This document shows, one piece after another, positions 1-9,855 of a DNA stretch of 64,000 nucleotides. The translations under genes and the position numbers were made by a program. The notes under the pieces were generated by a model. That model searched no databases, had not been told where the DNA came from, and worked only from the letters and a program-made list of their open reading frames with translations. The first letter of the stretch is position 1. Every line of letters begins with the position of its first letter. The DNA comes from an uncultured Spirochaetota bacterium (lineage in GTDB: Bacteria > Spirochaetota > Spirochaetia > SZUA-6 > Fen-1364), in NCBI GenBank assembly GCA_963820525.1, contig CAWGAA010000001.1, positions 1,728,001 through 1,792,000 on the forward strand. The letters are read 5' to 3'.

Positions 1-1368
1 AAGCGATCCGCGGATCTCGCCGACATTGCCGTATTCGTCTTGAATCTTCGCGACATAGCTGTATGCCTGCGTGGGATCCGCCCTTCCGCCGCCCGCAAGC
101 TTTCCATCCCAGCTGGCGGGTTCCGCCGGCCACGGACCGTTGAAGCTCGCGGCGGTACGCCCGCGGGAGTCGAGAATGTTCAGCGTCCAGCTCTTCAAGG
201 CCGCGATCTCCGAGCTTCCATACAGTGTGAAGGTGACGGGCTGAATCCCGCCCTTCCCGTCCGCGGCGAGCTTTGCGGGGTTCGCCGAGACGTTGCCCGC
301 CGGCGCCGTGACGTCGAGGACGAACGGGCTGCTCTTTACAAGGACCGGCTTGAAGGACTTGCCGAAGTCTATGGAGAGCAATGCCGTGTAGGTGCCTTCG
401 GGCGCGAGGACGCCCGCGGCGGTCTTTCCATCCCAGGCGACCGATTGGGGAAGGCTCGCGGCGTCTCCTGTCCAGCTTCTCTGAACACCCATCTGCGAAT
501 GCGACACGGAGAGCTTCCACGACTTCAGGGACTCCTTGTTGCCGAAAGTCAGGGCCAGGGTGATGGAACGAGCCATCGTGTCGCTCTTTGGGGAGAATCC
601 GGCAGACTGGGGCTGAACAAGGTTCTCCTGCGTCGCGAGGGGGATGTCGGCCACCGGGACGGCCGCCTTCAATTGAGCGGAGTTTCCGTACTCGTCACGA
701 ACGGTGGCTACGGCGGCATACGTCGTGGCCGGCGAAACGAAGCCTCCGCCAAGCGAGGATCCGTCCCAGGTAGCGGCCGCGGTCGGCCATTGCCCGCTGA
801 AGCTCTTCACCAGTCCACCGGCCGGGTCGTAGATGTCAAGCGACCAACTGTCCATCTTGGCCAGGGCGGAAGTTGCTTTTATCGTCAGTGTCATCGGCCC
901 GGTTACGCCCTGGTCCGATGGGGTGAATTGCGGAGGGTCGAGCACGATGCTCCCCGTGGGCGGCGTCACGTCGAGAACGAAGCTGCTGCTCTCCACGGAA
1001 ACAGACTGGTAGGTCTTCTCGTACTCGATGGAGAGCCGCGCAACGTACGTTCCTTCTGGCGCCATGTTCCCGTCGTCGCCCGCGCCGTCCCAGCTCAGGC
1101 TCGCCGGAAGATTCATCGCGTCGCCGCTCCACGTCCTGCGGGCAACCCCACCCCCGACGATCTCCACCTTCCAGGACTTGATCGAATCCCCGTTGCCATA
1201 GAGAAGGGAGATCTCGATCATGGCCTGGTCTGCAGTCCCCTTCGGCGAGAAACCGGACTTCTCCACCTGGATAGCGCTCTCTGCAGGCGCTATGAGCGTG
1301 GTCTGGCATCCCAGGACCGCGATCAGGAGGGCGGCACACCCGGCCGCCCAGAGGAGTAGCTTTCTCAT
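1..1368 (-). CDS. Lipoprotein with repeated FlgD-Ig-like domains (possibly an OmpA-family protein whose C-terminus lies beyond the window)
   Basis: Manual minus-strand translation: MRKLLLWAAGCAALLIAVLGC (lipobox-like), then repeats such as GFSPKG...IKSWKVEI and WTLNILD...SWDGK...YSYVAKIQDEYGN; runs off the window. The + ORF 40..1359 is its antisense shadow. Confidence 0.75.
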   Translation of the reverse strand, partial: MRKLLLWAAGCAALLIAVLGCQTTLIAPAESAIQVEKSGFSPKGTADQAMIEISLLYGNGDSIKSWKVEIVGGGVARRTWSGDAMNLPASLSWDGAGDDGNMAPEGTYVARLSIEYEKTYQSVSVESSSFVLDVTPPTGSIVLDPPQFTPSDQGVTGPMTLTIKATSALAKMDSWSLDIYDPAGGLVKSFSGQWPTAAATWDGSSLGGGFVSPATTYAAVATVRDEYGNSAQLKAAVPVADIPLATQENLVQPQSAGFSPKSDTMARSITLALTFGNKESLKSWKLSVSHSQMGVQRSWTGDAASLPQSVAWDGKTAAGVLAPEGTYTALLSIDFGKSFKPVLVKSSPFVLDVTAPAGNVSANPAKLAADGKGGIQPVTFTLYGSSEIAALKSWTLNILDSRGRTAASFNGPWPAEPASWDGKLAGGGRADPTQAYSYVAKIQDEYGNVGEIRGSL

Positions 1369-1369
1369 A

Positions 1370-1609
1370 TCAACCCCCTTGTGTGGAATCTATTGAGGCG
1401 GGCGGCTTACCGGATTGAAGGGCCACATAGACCTGGTTTCCGCGTCTTTCGTAGCGGATCCTTCCCTCCCGCGCCAGCCAGCCGAGTGCCTGGTAGGTGA
1501 TCACGCTTCTCTCGGCGAGGTGTTCTGAGAGTCGAAGGATGTTCGCCTCTCCCATCTTTTCGAGAATCATGATGATTTTGTGCGCGCATTCCTCTATCAT
1601 CTTTTCCAC
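1370..1609 (-). CDS. Small winged helix-turn-helix protein (DUF2582-like)
   Basis: AHKIIMILE...YQALGWLAREGRI motif; GTG start preceded by AGGAG. Confidence 0.75.
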   Translation of the reverse strand: MEKMIEECAHKIIMILEKMGEANILRLSEHLAERSVITYQALGWLAREGRIRYERRGNQVYVALQSGKPPASIDSTQGG

Positions 1610-1757
1610 GGCATCTCCTACTTTTCCGAGCCGTGCCATGCAAGGTTCGGACGGCATCAACAGTTTTACGGTATGCCGCGGAGGGAGCGAGCGGTATCCA
1701 AGAAACAATGATATTTGTGTCGAACTTATATGACGCACGAACAGGGGGAAGCAGAAC

Positions 1758-2048
1758 TTGGCCTACCCGGAGCTCTTTGCCGCGATCGCCCCGATCTGCG
1801 GCCCAAGTGACGTCGCCAATGCGCACCGCCTCAAGGAAGTGCCCATCTGGGCCTTCCATGGCGCGCAGGACAGGAATGTCCCACTTTCAGAATCGACGAA
1901 GATGATAGATGCCATCAGGAGCGCCGGTGGCGATACCGCGCTGACCGTGTATCCGGATCTTGGACATGATTGCTGGACCATGACCTACAGGGATTCAAGG
2001 CTTTACTTCTGGTTTCTCGAGCACTGGAGGCAGGGCGCGGACCGATGA
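1758..2048 (+). pseudogene. C-terminal fragment of an alpha/beta-hydrolase (esterase/peptidase)
   Basis: YPELFAAIAPICG...PIWAFHGAQD...YPDLGHDCW; the nucleophile-serine region and N-terminus are missing. Confidence 0.75.
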
Positions 2049-2118
2049 AACCGGCTGGCCGCCGCTCAGGGGGTATCCTGAAGGCAACCGCCTCCAGCCC
2101 CGCCTTGCCCGCTCGACT

Positions 2119-4662
2119 TCATTGAGTCACTGAAGGCCCTGGTTTTCGCCTACTCGCCCGGATGGATGCGATCAGGCTGTCGATGGAAGCGCTCTTGGAA
2201 AGGTAGTCCACAGCCCCTGCATCGCGCATGGCCCTGGCCTGCTTGGGCTCGTCGAACATCGAAAGTCCGATGATGCTCACAGCCGGAAACTCGCCGTGAA
2301 TGATGCGGGCAGCCTCGATGCCGCTCATTCCCGGCATGTTCACATCCATAGTGACGACGTCCGGCTGCAGCGCGCGTGCCAGCTCGACGCCGGTCTTGGC
2401 GTCCGATGCTTCGCCGACGATTTTCATGTCCGGCTGCTGCCCGAGCTGGAGAGCGATCCCATTGCGCACAACGGTATGATCATCGACCAGAAGAATCCTG
2501 ATCGCCCCTCCGCCTGCTCCTGACGGCGAACGCGAGCGCCGCTGACCCATACGCGCCTTCGGCGCTTTGCGCGCCATTGGCTCACCCGCCGGAGTCGCGT
2601 GATCCCCGCTCGCGCTCGGCTGCGGGGCGGACGCCCATACCGTGAAAGAGCTGCCATGGCCGGGAGAGCTCGCGACCTCCATCCCCCCGCCTGCGAGCGC
2701 GAGCCTCTCGCGGATGCTGAAAAGGCCGATGCCGCCCGACGCGGTTCCAAAACCGGCCAGTTTCGACATATCAAAGCCTACCCCTTTGTCGCTCACGGTG
2801 ATGAGCACTCGTCCGTCCGAATCCAGACCCAGCCGCAATGAGGCGGTCTTCACGCCGGAATGTTTGACCACGTTGAAGAGGAGCTCGCGGGCGGCCTGCA
2901 ACAACATGATACGGGTCTCCTCGGACTCCATTGCGAGGGATTCCACGGACTCCAGTTCAACCTCCAGACCGTGCTTGTCCTTCATCCACGCGGCTAACCA
3001 CTCCAGGGCCGCCGCCAGATCGGGCTCGGAGAACGCGGGATGGCTGATCTCCGAGGTGAGAGATCGTGAAATGCTTATGCATTCCCGCAGTTGTCCGCTG
3101 AGATCGGTGAAGCTTTCCTGGCGTTCGGCCTCGGATCCCGCCGTCCGCAGGCTTTTCAGGCCGTACAGCGTCGCGGCCAGAAGCTGCTGGAGCTGGTCGT
3201 GGAGGAGCTGGGCGATTCTCTGCCTTTCCCGCTGCTCCGTCCGCACGATCTCGCCGGCAAGCATCTGCAGCTGGGAGGCCTTAAGCTCCAGCGCCCGCTG
3301 CGCCTCATCGCGCTCGGCCCGAGCGTTCAGGGATGCGATGCCGAAAGCGAGATCATCCGCCAGCTCTTTCAGGATGTTGACCTGGCCCTCCTCGAAGTCG
3401 GGAAGCCTGTCGGAGTAGATGAGCAGAACTCCGAAGGCGGACTTCTCCATGCTCAGCAAGGGGAAAGCCGCCATGGTCCTGAATCCTCTGGCGAGCGCCG
3501 CCTCCTTCCATGGCGCTTCCTCCGAAAGGTCCGCGATGTTGCGGCTGACCACGGGAGCCCCCGAGCGGATCGCGTCGCCGGCCGGGCCTCCTGAAAGAGC
3601 GGCGTCGCCCCACCTTGCCTGGATGTCTTCAAGAAAGCCATCGCGGTCTCCCGCCGAAGCGACGCACGTGAGGATACCTCCTCCTCCGCTCTCGGCAAAT
3701 CCCACCAACACGAGCGGGTAGCCCCCTTCGTCCCGGATGATCTGGCAGATGACGGCGGTCAGTTCCCGCTCGTCGGATACCTGCACCAACGCCTGATCGC
3801 ACTCGCTGACCAAACGCAGCATCCTGTTGGCCTTCTGCAATTCGGAGGTCCGCTGCTGCACTTTCTCCTCCAGCTGGTCATGCGCTCTCTGCAGCTCCTG
3901 CTGAACGCGTTTCTGGTCCGTGACATCGCGGTCTATCTCCAGCACTCGCTCTTCTCCATCGAGCCCGCTGCCGATATGCAGGCGGGAAGAGACGATCACC
4001 TCACGGCCGTCCTTCGTGACATGGCAAAGCTCTCCATTCCACTGACGTTGTTCGCGCAAAATGTTCTCGAAATCCGGCACCGTTATTGCATGCGACGTGC
4101 GCAACAGCTCATGAATGTCGTGACCCAGCGCCTCGCTCTCCGAGAAGCCGTACAGCTCCTCCGCCCCCCTGTTCCAGCTTTCGATCCCTCTTCCCATCCG
4201 CCATACGATAACCGCATCGAATGAAAGCTTCAGAAGCTCCGCTTGCTGGCGGAGAGCCGCCTGACTCTCTCTCAGCGCCTGTTCCTTGTCATACGCTGCG
4301 GCCTTGAGCCGATTGCGGCGGTACAGCTCGGCGACCATGCTCAGGAACGCGCACACGCCGATGAAAAGGCCAAGGCCGATGAAATTCGATATCCTGAGCG
4401 TCAGGATGGGATCGTGCATGGGAATCACCCACAGCACAACGATCATCACCGCGATTGTTGCAATGGTGAACAGCGCCGGCCAAAAACCCGTCAAAAGCGC
4501 TACGATCATCACGGTGGGATAAAACACGAGGTATTCTGGAAAATCGGGACCCACCGCGAGGGACAACACCTCGCGGAGGACGAAGGCGAGAATGGCGGCG
4601 GCCACGCCGGCGAAATACCGGGCAATCGGCCTTTTCAAGAGGGTTGCTCTGGATGCACGCAT
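2119..4662 (-). CDS. Hybrid sensor histidine kinase (TM-PAS-GAF-HisKA_3-HATPase-REC)
   Basis: N-terminal TM helices, SWNRGAEELYG PAS, ERQRIAQLLHD H-box, DKGVGF and GIGL boxes, C-terminal LLVDDH...MDVNMP receiver. Confidence 0.9.
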   Translation of the reverse strand: MRASRATLLKRPIARYFAGVAAAILAFVLREVLSLAVGPDFPEYLVFYPTVMIVALLTGFWPALFTIATIAVMIVVLWVIPMHDPILTLRISNFIGLGLFIGVCAFLSMVAELYRRNRLKAAAYDKEQALRESQAALRQQAELLKLSFDAVIVWRMGRGIESWNRGAEELYGFSESEALGHDIHELLRTSHAITVPDFENILREQRQWNGELCHVTKDGREVIVSSRLHIGSGLDGEERVLEIDRDVTDQKRVQQELQRAHDQLEEKVQQRTSELQKANRMLRLVSECDQALVQVSDERELTAVICQIIRDEGGYPLVLVGFAESGGGGILTCVASAGDRDGFLEDIQARWGDAALSGGPAGDAIRSGAPVVSRNIADLSEEAPWKEAALARGFRTMAAFPLLSMEKSAFGVLLIYSDRLPDFEEGQVNILKELADDLAFGIASLNARAERDEAQRALELKASQLQMLAGEIVRTEQRERQRIAQLLHDQLQQLLAATLYGLKSLRTAGSEAERQESFTDLSGQLRECISISRSLTSEISHPAFSEPDLAAALEWLAAWMKDKHGLEVELESVESLAMESEETRIMLLQAARELLFNVVKHSGVKTASLRLGLDSDGRVLITVSDKGVGFDMSKLAGFGTASGGIGLFSIRERLALAGGGMEVASSPGHGSSFTVWASAPQPSASGDHATPAGEPMARKAPKARMGQRRSRSPSGAGGGAIRILLVDDHTVVRNGIALQLGQQPDMKIVGEASDAKTGVELARALQPDVVTMDVNMPGMSGIEAARIIHGEFPAVSIIGLSMFDEPKQARAMRDAGAVDYLSKSASIDSLIASIRASRRKPGPSVTQ

Positions 4663-4833
4663 ATCCTCACTCCTCGCGCTCGATGATGGTCATGTCATCG
4701 TCATGCAGGCCGGAGCTATTCACTCTCATGAATATAGTGAGGCGGTAGAAGAGCATCAACATAGCGACGTGATTCGCGCCGCCGGTCACGCCCCTTCGCG
4801 GGGCGGGCAAGAGGGAGCCTTATCGTGTAGCCT

Positions 4834-5913
4834 TTACCGCGCGGGAAGCAGGGACTTCACCATCTCGCGGTTCTTCCACAGGGCGCAGCCGCCCTCGGTC
4901 TCCACCAGCTTGTCGTGGTTCTCCCGAAGCGAAAGGAGGAACGGCGACTTCAGGGCTTCCATCAGCGGCACGCTCTTCAGGTTCGTGTCCGAATACGGGG
5001 CAAAGGGACACGGCTCGAGGTCCCCTTTGGCGCTGATGTGCACGAAGCCCCTGCCCGAGGCGAGGCATCCGCCCGTTTCCTCCTCGTCCCAGGGGACCGC
5101 GATGAAGACCGAGGAGAACTTCTTCCTGAAGCCTGCGATGAGATCCTTCATCCGCTCCCGCTGATCGTCGGTGATCGCCCACTCGTCGGTCCCTTCCCGG
5201 ATGGGGGTGTACTCCATGAAGATGAACAGCCGGCAGCCTGCGGCCACGGCGGCGCTCACGAACCCGGGGTCCGTCACCGTCTCGTAGTTCGAGCGCGTGA
5301 CGGTCAGGGAGATGCTGAAGAAAAGCCCCTCCTTCTTCAACTGGACCATCTTGGCCTGGAGCCGCTCGTGCACTCCCCTGCCCCTCCTCTCGTCGGTTTC
5401 CGCCTGGTTTCCCTCGAGGCTGAGAACGGGGACCGTGTTTCTCTGTTCCTTCAGCTGCTGGATAAGCCGCTCGTCCAGGAGAAGGCCGTTTGTGATGAGG
5501 AGGAATACTATGTGGGGGAAATCCCGGGCGATATCCAGGAACTCGGGCCGCGTCAGCGGCTCTCCCCCCGCGATCACGAAAAAGGAGATGCCGAGGCTGT
5601 CGGCCTGCGCCACGATGTCGCGAAGCTCCATCCCGGACAGCTCGTCGGGAGCGTCGCCGCGGATGGCCTGTGCGTAGCAGCCCTTGCACCTGAGGTTGCA
5701 GCGGTTGGTGATGGAGAATATGGCGATCGGGGGAACGTGGAGACCCTCCGCCCTCCAGCGCGCGCGAAGACGGGCGGCTTTCCTCTGCCAGCTGGCTACC
5801 TTCAGAAAGTGGAGCGCCTGGGATGGCCGCGAAAGGCTTACCCGCACGAACTCGGAGAAAAAGATGCGAAGGCCGCGGTTGAGGATATTGGTGTAGCTGG
5901 TCTTGGATTCCAT
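4834..5913 (-). CDS. Radical SAM/SPASM-domain protein
   Basis: CNLRCKGC, GGEP, GCLASGRGFVHI...PCPF. Confidence 0.9.
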   Translation of the reverse strand: MESKTSYTNILNRGLRIFFSEFVRVSLSRPSQALHFLKVASWQRKAARLRARWRAEGLHVPPIAIFSITNRCNLRCKGCYAQAIRGDAPDELSGMELRDIVAQADSLGISFFVIAGGEPLTRPEFLDIARDFPHIVFLLITNGLLLDERLIQQLKEQRNTVPVLSLEGNQAETDERRGRGVHERLQAKMVQLKKEGLFFSISLTVTRSNYETVTDPGFVSAAVAAGCRLFIFMEYTPIREGTDEWAITDDQRERMKDLIAGFRKKFSSVFIAVPWDEEETGGCLASGRGFVHISAKGDLEPCPFAPYSDTNLKSVPLMEALKSPFLLSLRENHDKLVETEGGCALWKNREMVKSLLPAR

Positions 5914-6229
5914 CGGTTCTCGTACGCTCCTGATAATATGTAACACCAAAGTGTGAGGAAATCGGGAATCATCCCCTCATGAAGGACAGCCCGTGCTCCT
6001 CCAACGGCCGGATGATCCTGGAGGACTCTACCTCGTTGAAGGGATGAATGTCCACGGGGTGGGTCGCCCACAACCTCCCACTTCAGAGTGCAAACGCGTC
6101 GAGCTCGAAATCGATCGAATACATTCCCTGCGGTATTCCGTACGAATCCTTTTCTGTCGCCAGCGCCTGCTCCAGTTCGGGGTTGGAGCCTGCGCTCGCC
6201 GGTGTTCCCTCCACGGGTGCGACGGCCTC

Positions 6230-6400
6230 GCCGGCCCGCTGTTCTACGCGGCAGCCTTCGGGATCTCGTTCCTGAACGCGTCGGCGGGAATGATCTTCTG
6301 CGGGGCTCTTGCGGCATTCTTCGGCTTCCGCCTCGTGTTCTACAGAGGTGAGGGACCGAGAACAAAGCCGGCCGCCGTAACGGCGGCCGGCTTTCCCTGA
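6230..6400 (+). pseudogene. Hydrophobic C-terminal fragment of a membrane protein (TMEM175/DUF1211-like)
   Basis: GPLFYAAAFGISFLNASAGMIFCGALAAFF; no plausible start or upstream continuation. Confidence 0.35.
6364..6394. terminator. Strong hairpin, probable bidirectional terminator
   Basis: AAAGCCGGCCGCCG-TAA-CGGCGGCCGGCTTT between convergent coding ends. Confidence 0.6.
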
Positions 6401-6427
6401 ACAGGGCTCCCATAAGCCCCTCCGCGC

Positions 6428-7940
6428 CTAGGGGGCCAGAATCATCGTGGATACCACGGTGGCCTGGACCCGCTCGGGGCTGACAGGGAGATTGATCGAC
6501 TCTCCCTTGATGAACTTCCCCACCATGTCGTCGTAGTGCGGGTGGCCGGGCTGCCCGGACTGCCCCAGGGGTGCAATGATCGACATCCCGTCCAGATCGG
6601 ATAGAGAGACGATCATCCGCAGGTTCGGGATGACAAAGGAGTAGTATTCGTCCCGGGCCGGCACCGGGGCCCACGAGTTGAGTGTCGTCCCGTCACCGTC
6701 CACGGGGTAGGTGCCGCTGTTGAGCAGGAGTGCGTTGAGCCCGCTGCCTCCCCCGGGGTGCTTCCAGTAGACGGTGTGCAGGCGGCCCCATGACCAGGAG
6801 CGCCGGTCGGTGCCGAGCCGGCCCTCCAGCCAGCGGATGGTCCTCGAAAGGGACGCCTCCAGTATCTCCTGCGGCCCCTCCCGCTGCGGCGTGTCCCTGC
6901 GGTCCCAGAGGGTCGAATCCGGCCGGTCAAGGATCACGTCCTGGATCAGGTACCTCTTGAAGGAAAAGTTGAAGTAGTAGAAAAGTTGGTCCCCCAGCTC
7001 GTCTTCCAGGAGCTGCCGCACCCACTCGGTGAGGAAGACCTCGTATACCGCCGCCGCCTTGCTGCCGGTGAGCACCTTGCGGTCCCAGCTCTTGAGGATG
7101 TCCGCAGCTTCCCGGGCGCGGGGGTCCTTGAAGGAATAGGCCAGGAGCTTGGGCAGGATCCTTTCCGCTTGAAGAGAATAGGCGTCGAGCTGCATCCTCC
7201 TGAAGTCCTCTGCCGAGGGAGATGCCAGCTCCTCGAGCAGCGACAACGCGCGCTCAATACGATAGGGGGCGCTCCAGCTGTTGGAGATCTGCTGCGGCTC
7301 ATCATCAGCGACAACCCGGTTGTTGCAGTTCGCGATCCTGCCCTCGGCCGGATTGAAGGCCCCAGGCAGCTCATCGAAAGGCGTAAAGCCCTCCCACCCC
7401 ATGGTGCCTGAGGAGCCGTCCGCGGGGAGCCTGCCGGAATACCCGCGCCGGATGGGAGCCGCGCCGGCGGAGTGCCAGCCGATGTTGCCGTCCACGTCCG
7501 CAGCCAGGAAGTTCAAGCCCACGATCCTTGTGTACCTGGCGTTTTCGATCACATCCCGCGCGCTCCTGCAATCCATGAGGCCGAGCATGGTTCTCATGGT
7601 CAGGTCTTCCAGCTCACCCTCCTTGAGCGTGCCATACCAGTGCAGGGCGACTGCAGCATCGATTCCCTTGTCCAGTGCCGTGATCACCGGACCGTAGGTC
7701 GTACGGAACACCGTCATGGTCCGGGACTTTCCTCCGGGGAGCGTGAGGACCACCGCCTGCCTTTCCATCTCCCGGACCTCATCGCCCACGTAGTAGCGCG
7801 TGGGGTTCTGCGGATCGACCCGCACCATGAACAGGTCCAGGGAGTCGACGGGCAGGAAAGTCAGGCCCCAGGCCACTTTCTGGTTGTGGCCGATAATCAC
7901 CCCCGGAGCCCCGGGGGCGGACGCGCCGGCAATTCCACCG
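6428..7940 (-). pseudogene. Penicillin acylase (Ntn-hydrolase) beta-subunit part, N-terminus missing
   Basis: AGASAPGAPGVIIGHNQKVAWGLT, NFLAADVDGNIG, GQSGQPGHPHYDD; no SNxW catalytic start and no alpha subunit. Confidence 0.85.
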
Positions 7941-8135
7941 GGGAAAGGGACCAGTAGTCGTTGCTCATGTTGAGGAGCAGGTCCGCCCCGGAGCACAAAG
8001 CGGCGCGCGTGGTCGAAGAACACATCCTCGAAACAGATGGGTGTCGCGAAGCGGATCCTCGGGTGACTGAAGACGACCATTTCACCGCCTACGCCCCAGT
8101 CCGATATTTCGTAGCTCTGGAACACCTTTCTTCGA
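7935..8135 (-). pseudogene. lnt: Internal fragment of apolipoprotein N-acyltransferase, frameshifted near 7990
   Basis: RFATPICFEDVF then, in a shifted frame, GADLLLNMSNDYWSLSPVE. Confidence 0.75.
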
Positions 8136-8246
8136 AATGAAAACGGGGCGGGGGGGGCTAGCGCTTTGTGACTCAGGTTCGTCACTCTTGGTTACCCGTC
8201 ATCCTTTCCCCAAAGCGACAGATCGCTTCCCTGCGTTCTTTCATTT

Positions 8247-8645
8247 GTGGATTCGACTGCCGAGACACCTGTCGTACCGACCGCCCGGCCGGACTACCGT
8301 CCACGGCAACCGGGATTCCTCCGGAAGCTGTTCCGGCAACGCTTCCCGGCCTTCGAAGCGCTCTACGAGGAGCAGTATGCCTCCTTCTACGGCAAGTTCC
8401 GTCTCCCGCTCATCGCTCACGCTGCCTCCGCGTTCCGCCTCTGCGGTGACTGGAGCCAGGGCATCGCCCGCATTCGCTGTCCGGACTGCGGCTACGACTT
8501 CTTCCGCCCTTTCTCCTGCAAGAGCTTCTTCCCCTAGGGCGGGCAACTGCATCGCCTCTGCCGCTCCTGTGCCCAGACGCGGACGCTCCTTCTAGGGGAG
8601 CACCTCAGCGGGGACCTCCTTCTCAACCTGCCCCACCGCCAGTTC
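8247..8645 (+). mobile_element. IS91-family transposase, N-terminal zinc-binding domain (pseudogene)
   Basis: CGDWSQGIARIRCPDCGYDFFRPFSCKSFF-[24-nt insert with TAG]-LCRSCAQTR...LPHRQF. Confidence 0.85.
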
Positions 8646-8804
8646 TTACCATGCTTGTTCAACGGCTTAACGTTGGATCATGGAACCGATCAAGCGGATC
8701 CGCGACTCTCCGGAGCGTGACAGAACATGATGCCGGATGTGTTTCATTGAATGCGCGCCTTCATAGGGCGCGTGAAATCCTCCAAGCTCACACGAGGGGC
8801 GGAT

Positions 8805-9416
8805 ATGGTAGGCTATTATTCCCTGAAGACGAACATCAGCTATGTCGGATTGTTTTTCTCCAATCCCCGCCGCTGCATCTCGGAGTTCGCCCGAAACCCG
8901 TCGATCTGGTTCGGCGTCGTGATGTTCGCAGCCTATATGCTGGTCTGCGAGTACGGCTGGCTCAGCGCGTATGCGTCCGGGTATCAGCAGGCGATCAGTC
9001 CGATGCCCAAGATCCTCCCGATCCCCGATGACCAGTACTTGCTCTATCAAGCCATCTTCGGGCCTTTTCTCAAGGCGGCGTGCTTTCCTCTCTTTGCCGG
9101 GAGCCTGTGGGTGCTCGCCAGGCTCCTCAACCTCCGGAGCCTCACTATCTGGCCCGTGATGTCGTTCTTTGCATTCACCGGGTCCGTGATGGGCTTGATA
9201 GCATTCGCGGTCGACCAGATCATCGTCTTGAGCGTGGTCCAGGGGTGGATGCGGTTCGCCCTCAGCTGCATCCACCCGATCGCATTGACCATCGATATGG
9301 TCTACGTGACTGCGTACGTTGCCAGGAGCTATTCGACGCCGCTATGGAGAGCGCTCGTGGTCGTGATTCCCAGCATGATCATTGCCGGCCCGGTTCCGGG
9401 ATTTCTCTTCAGGTGA
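8805..9416 (+). CDS. Yip1-like polytopic membrane protein
   Basis: LFFSNPRRCISEF start followed by about five hydrophobic helices; purine-rich RBS upstream of ATG 8805. Confidence 0.55.
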   Translation: MVGYYSLKTNISYVGLFFSNPRRCISEFARNPSIWFGVVMFAAYMLVCEYGWLSAYASGYQQAISPMPKILPIPDDQYLLYQAIFGPFLKAACFPLFAGSLWVLARLLNLRSLTIWPVMSFFAFTGSVMGLIAFAVDQIIVLSVVQGWMRFALSCIHPIALTIDMVYVTAYVARSYSTPLWRALVVVIPSMIIAGPVPGFLFR

Positions 9417-9855
9417 GACGTGGAGGGCGGAAAAGCACAGGGGAAAGCTGCCGTGCTCTTAAAAGAGGTTCCCTTGGGCAAAAGGGCTGATGCCTGGAAA
9501 ACACCCCTATGCCCTGAGGGAACGCCTGATGAAATGATTTTCAAGCTGCATCTCTTCAACTTTTCAAGGACGCCCGGTACAATCTCCAGCTGACGGGGCT
9601 CGCCGGAACATGGGGCTCGCTATCTCTTTCGTGACCGCTTCCGGCCCTTTGCCGGCGCTAGGACAAAAAGGTTCTCGCAGGCATTCATCGCGGCTGTTCG
9701 ATCGGACAAGTCGTGGGCATCGTCGAACTGGCGTCGCCCGTCTACCTCTTGAGGGCGGGTGCGTTGACGGGCATCACCGAAGCGGGCAGTATGGAATCGT
9801 TTACTCATGCCGACGAGGCATGTCGAGGGAATCGTAGGCCGCATCGGAGGTGCGC

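Noticed and set aside
40..1359. + strand 439-aa ORF and similar long antisense ORFs (26739..28076, 30676..32502, 58488..60875)
   Set aside because: GC-rich antisense shadows of motif-supported genes on the opposite strand.
6428..8185. 585-aa ORF as a novel Lnt-penicillin acylase fusion
   Set aside because: The frame is continuous only by chance across a frameshifted Lnt fragment; both parts lack essential regions.
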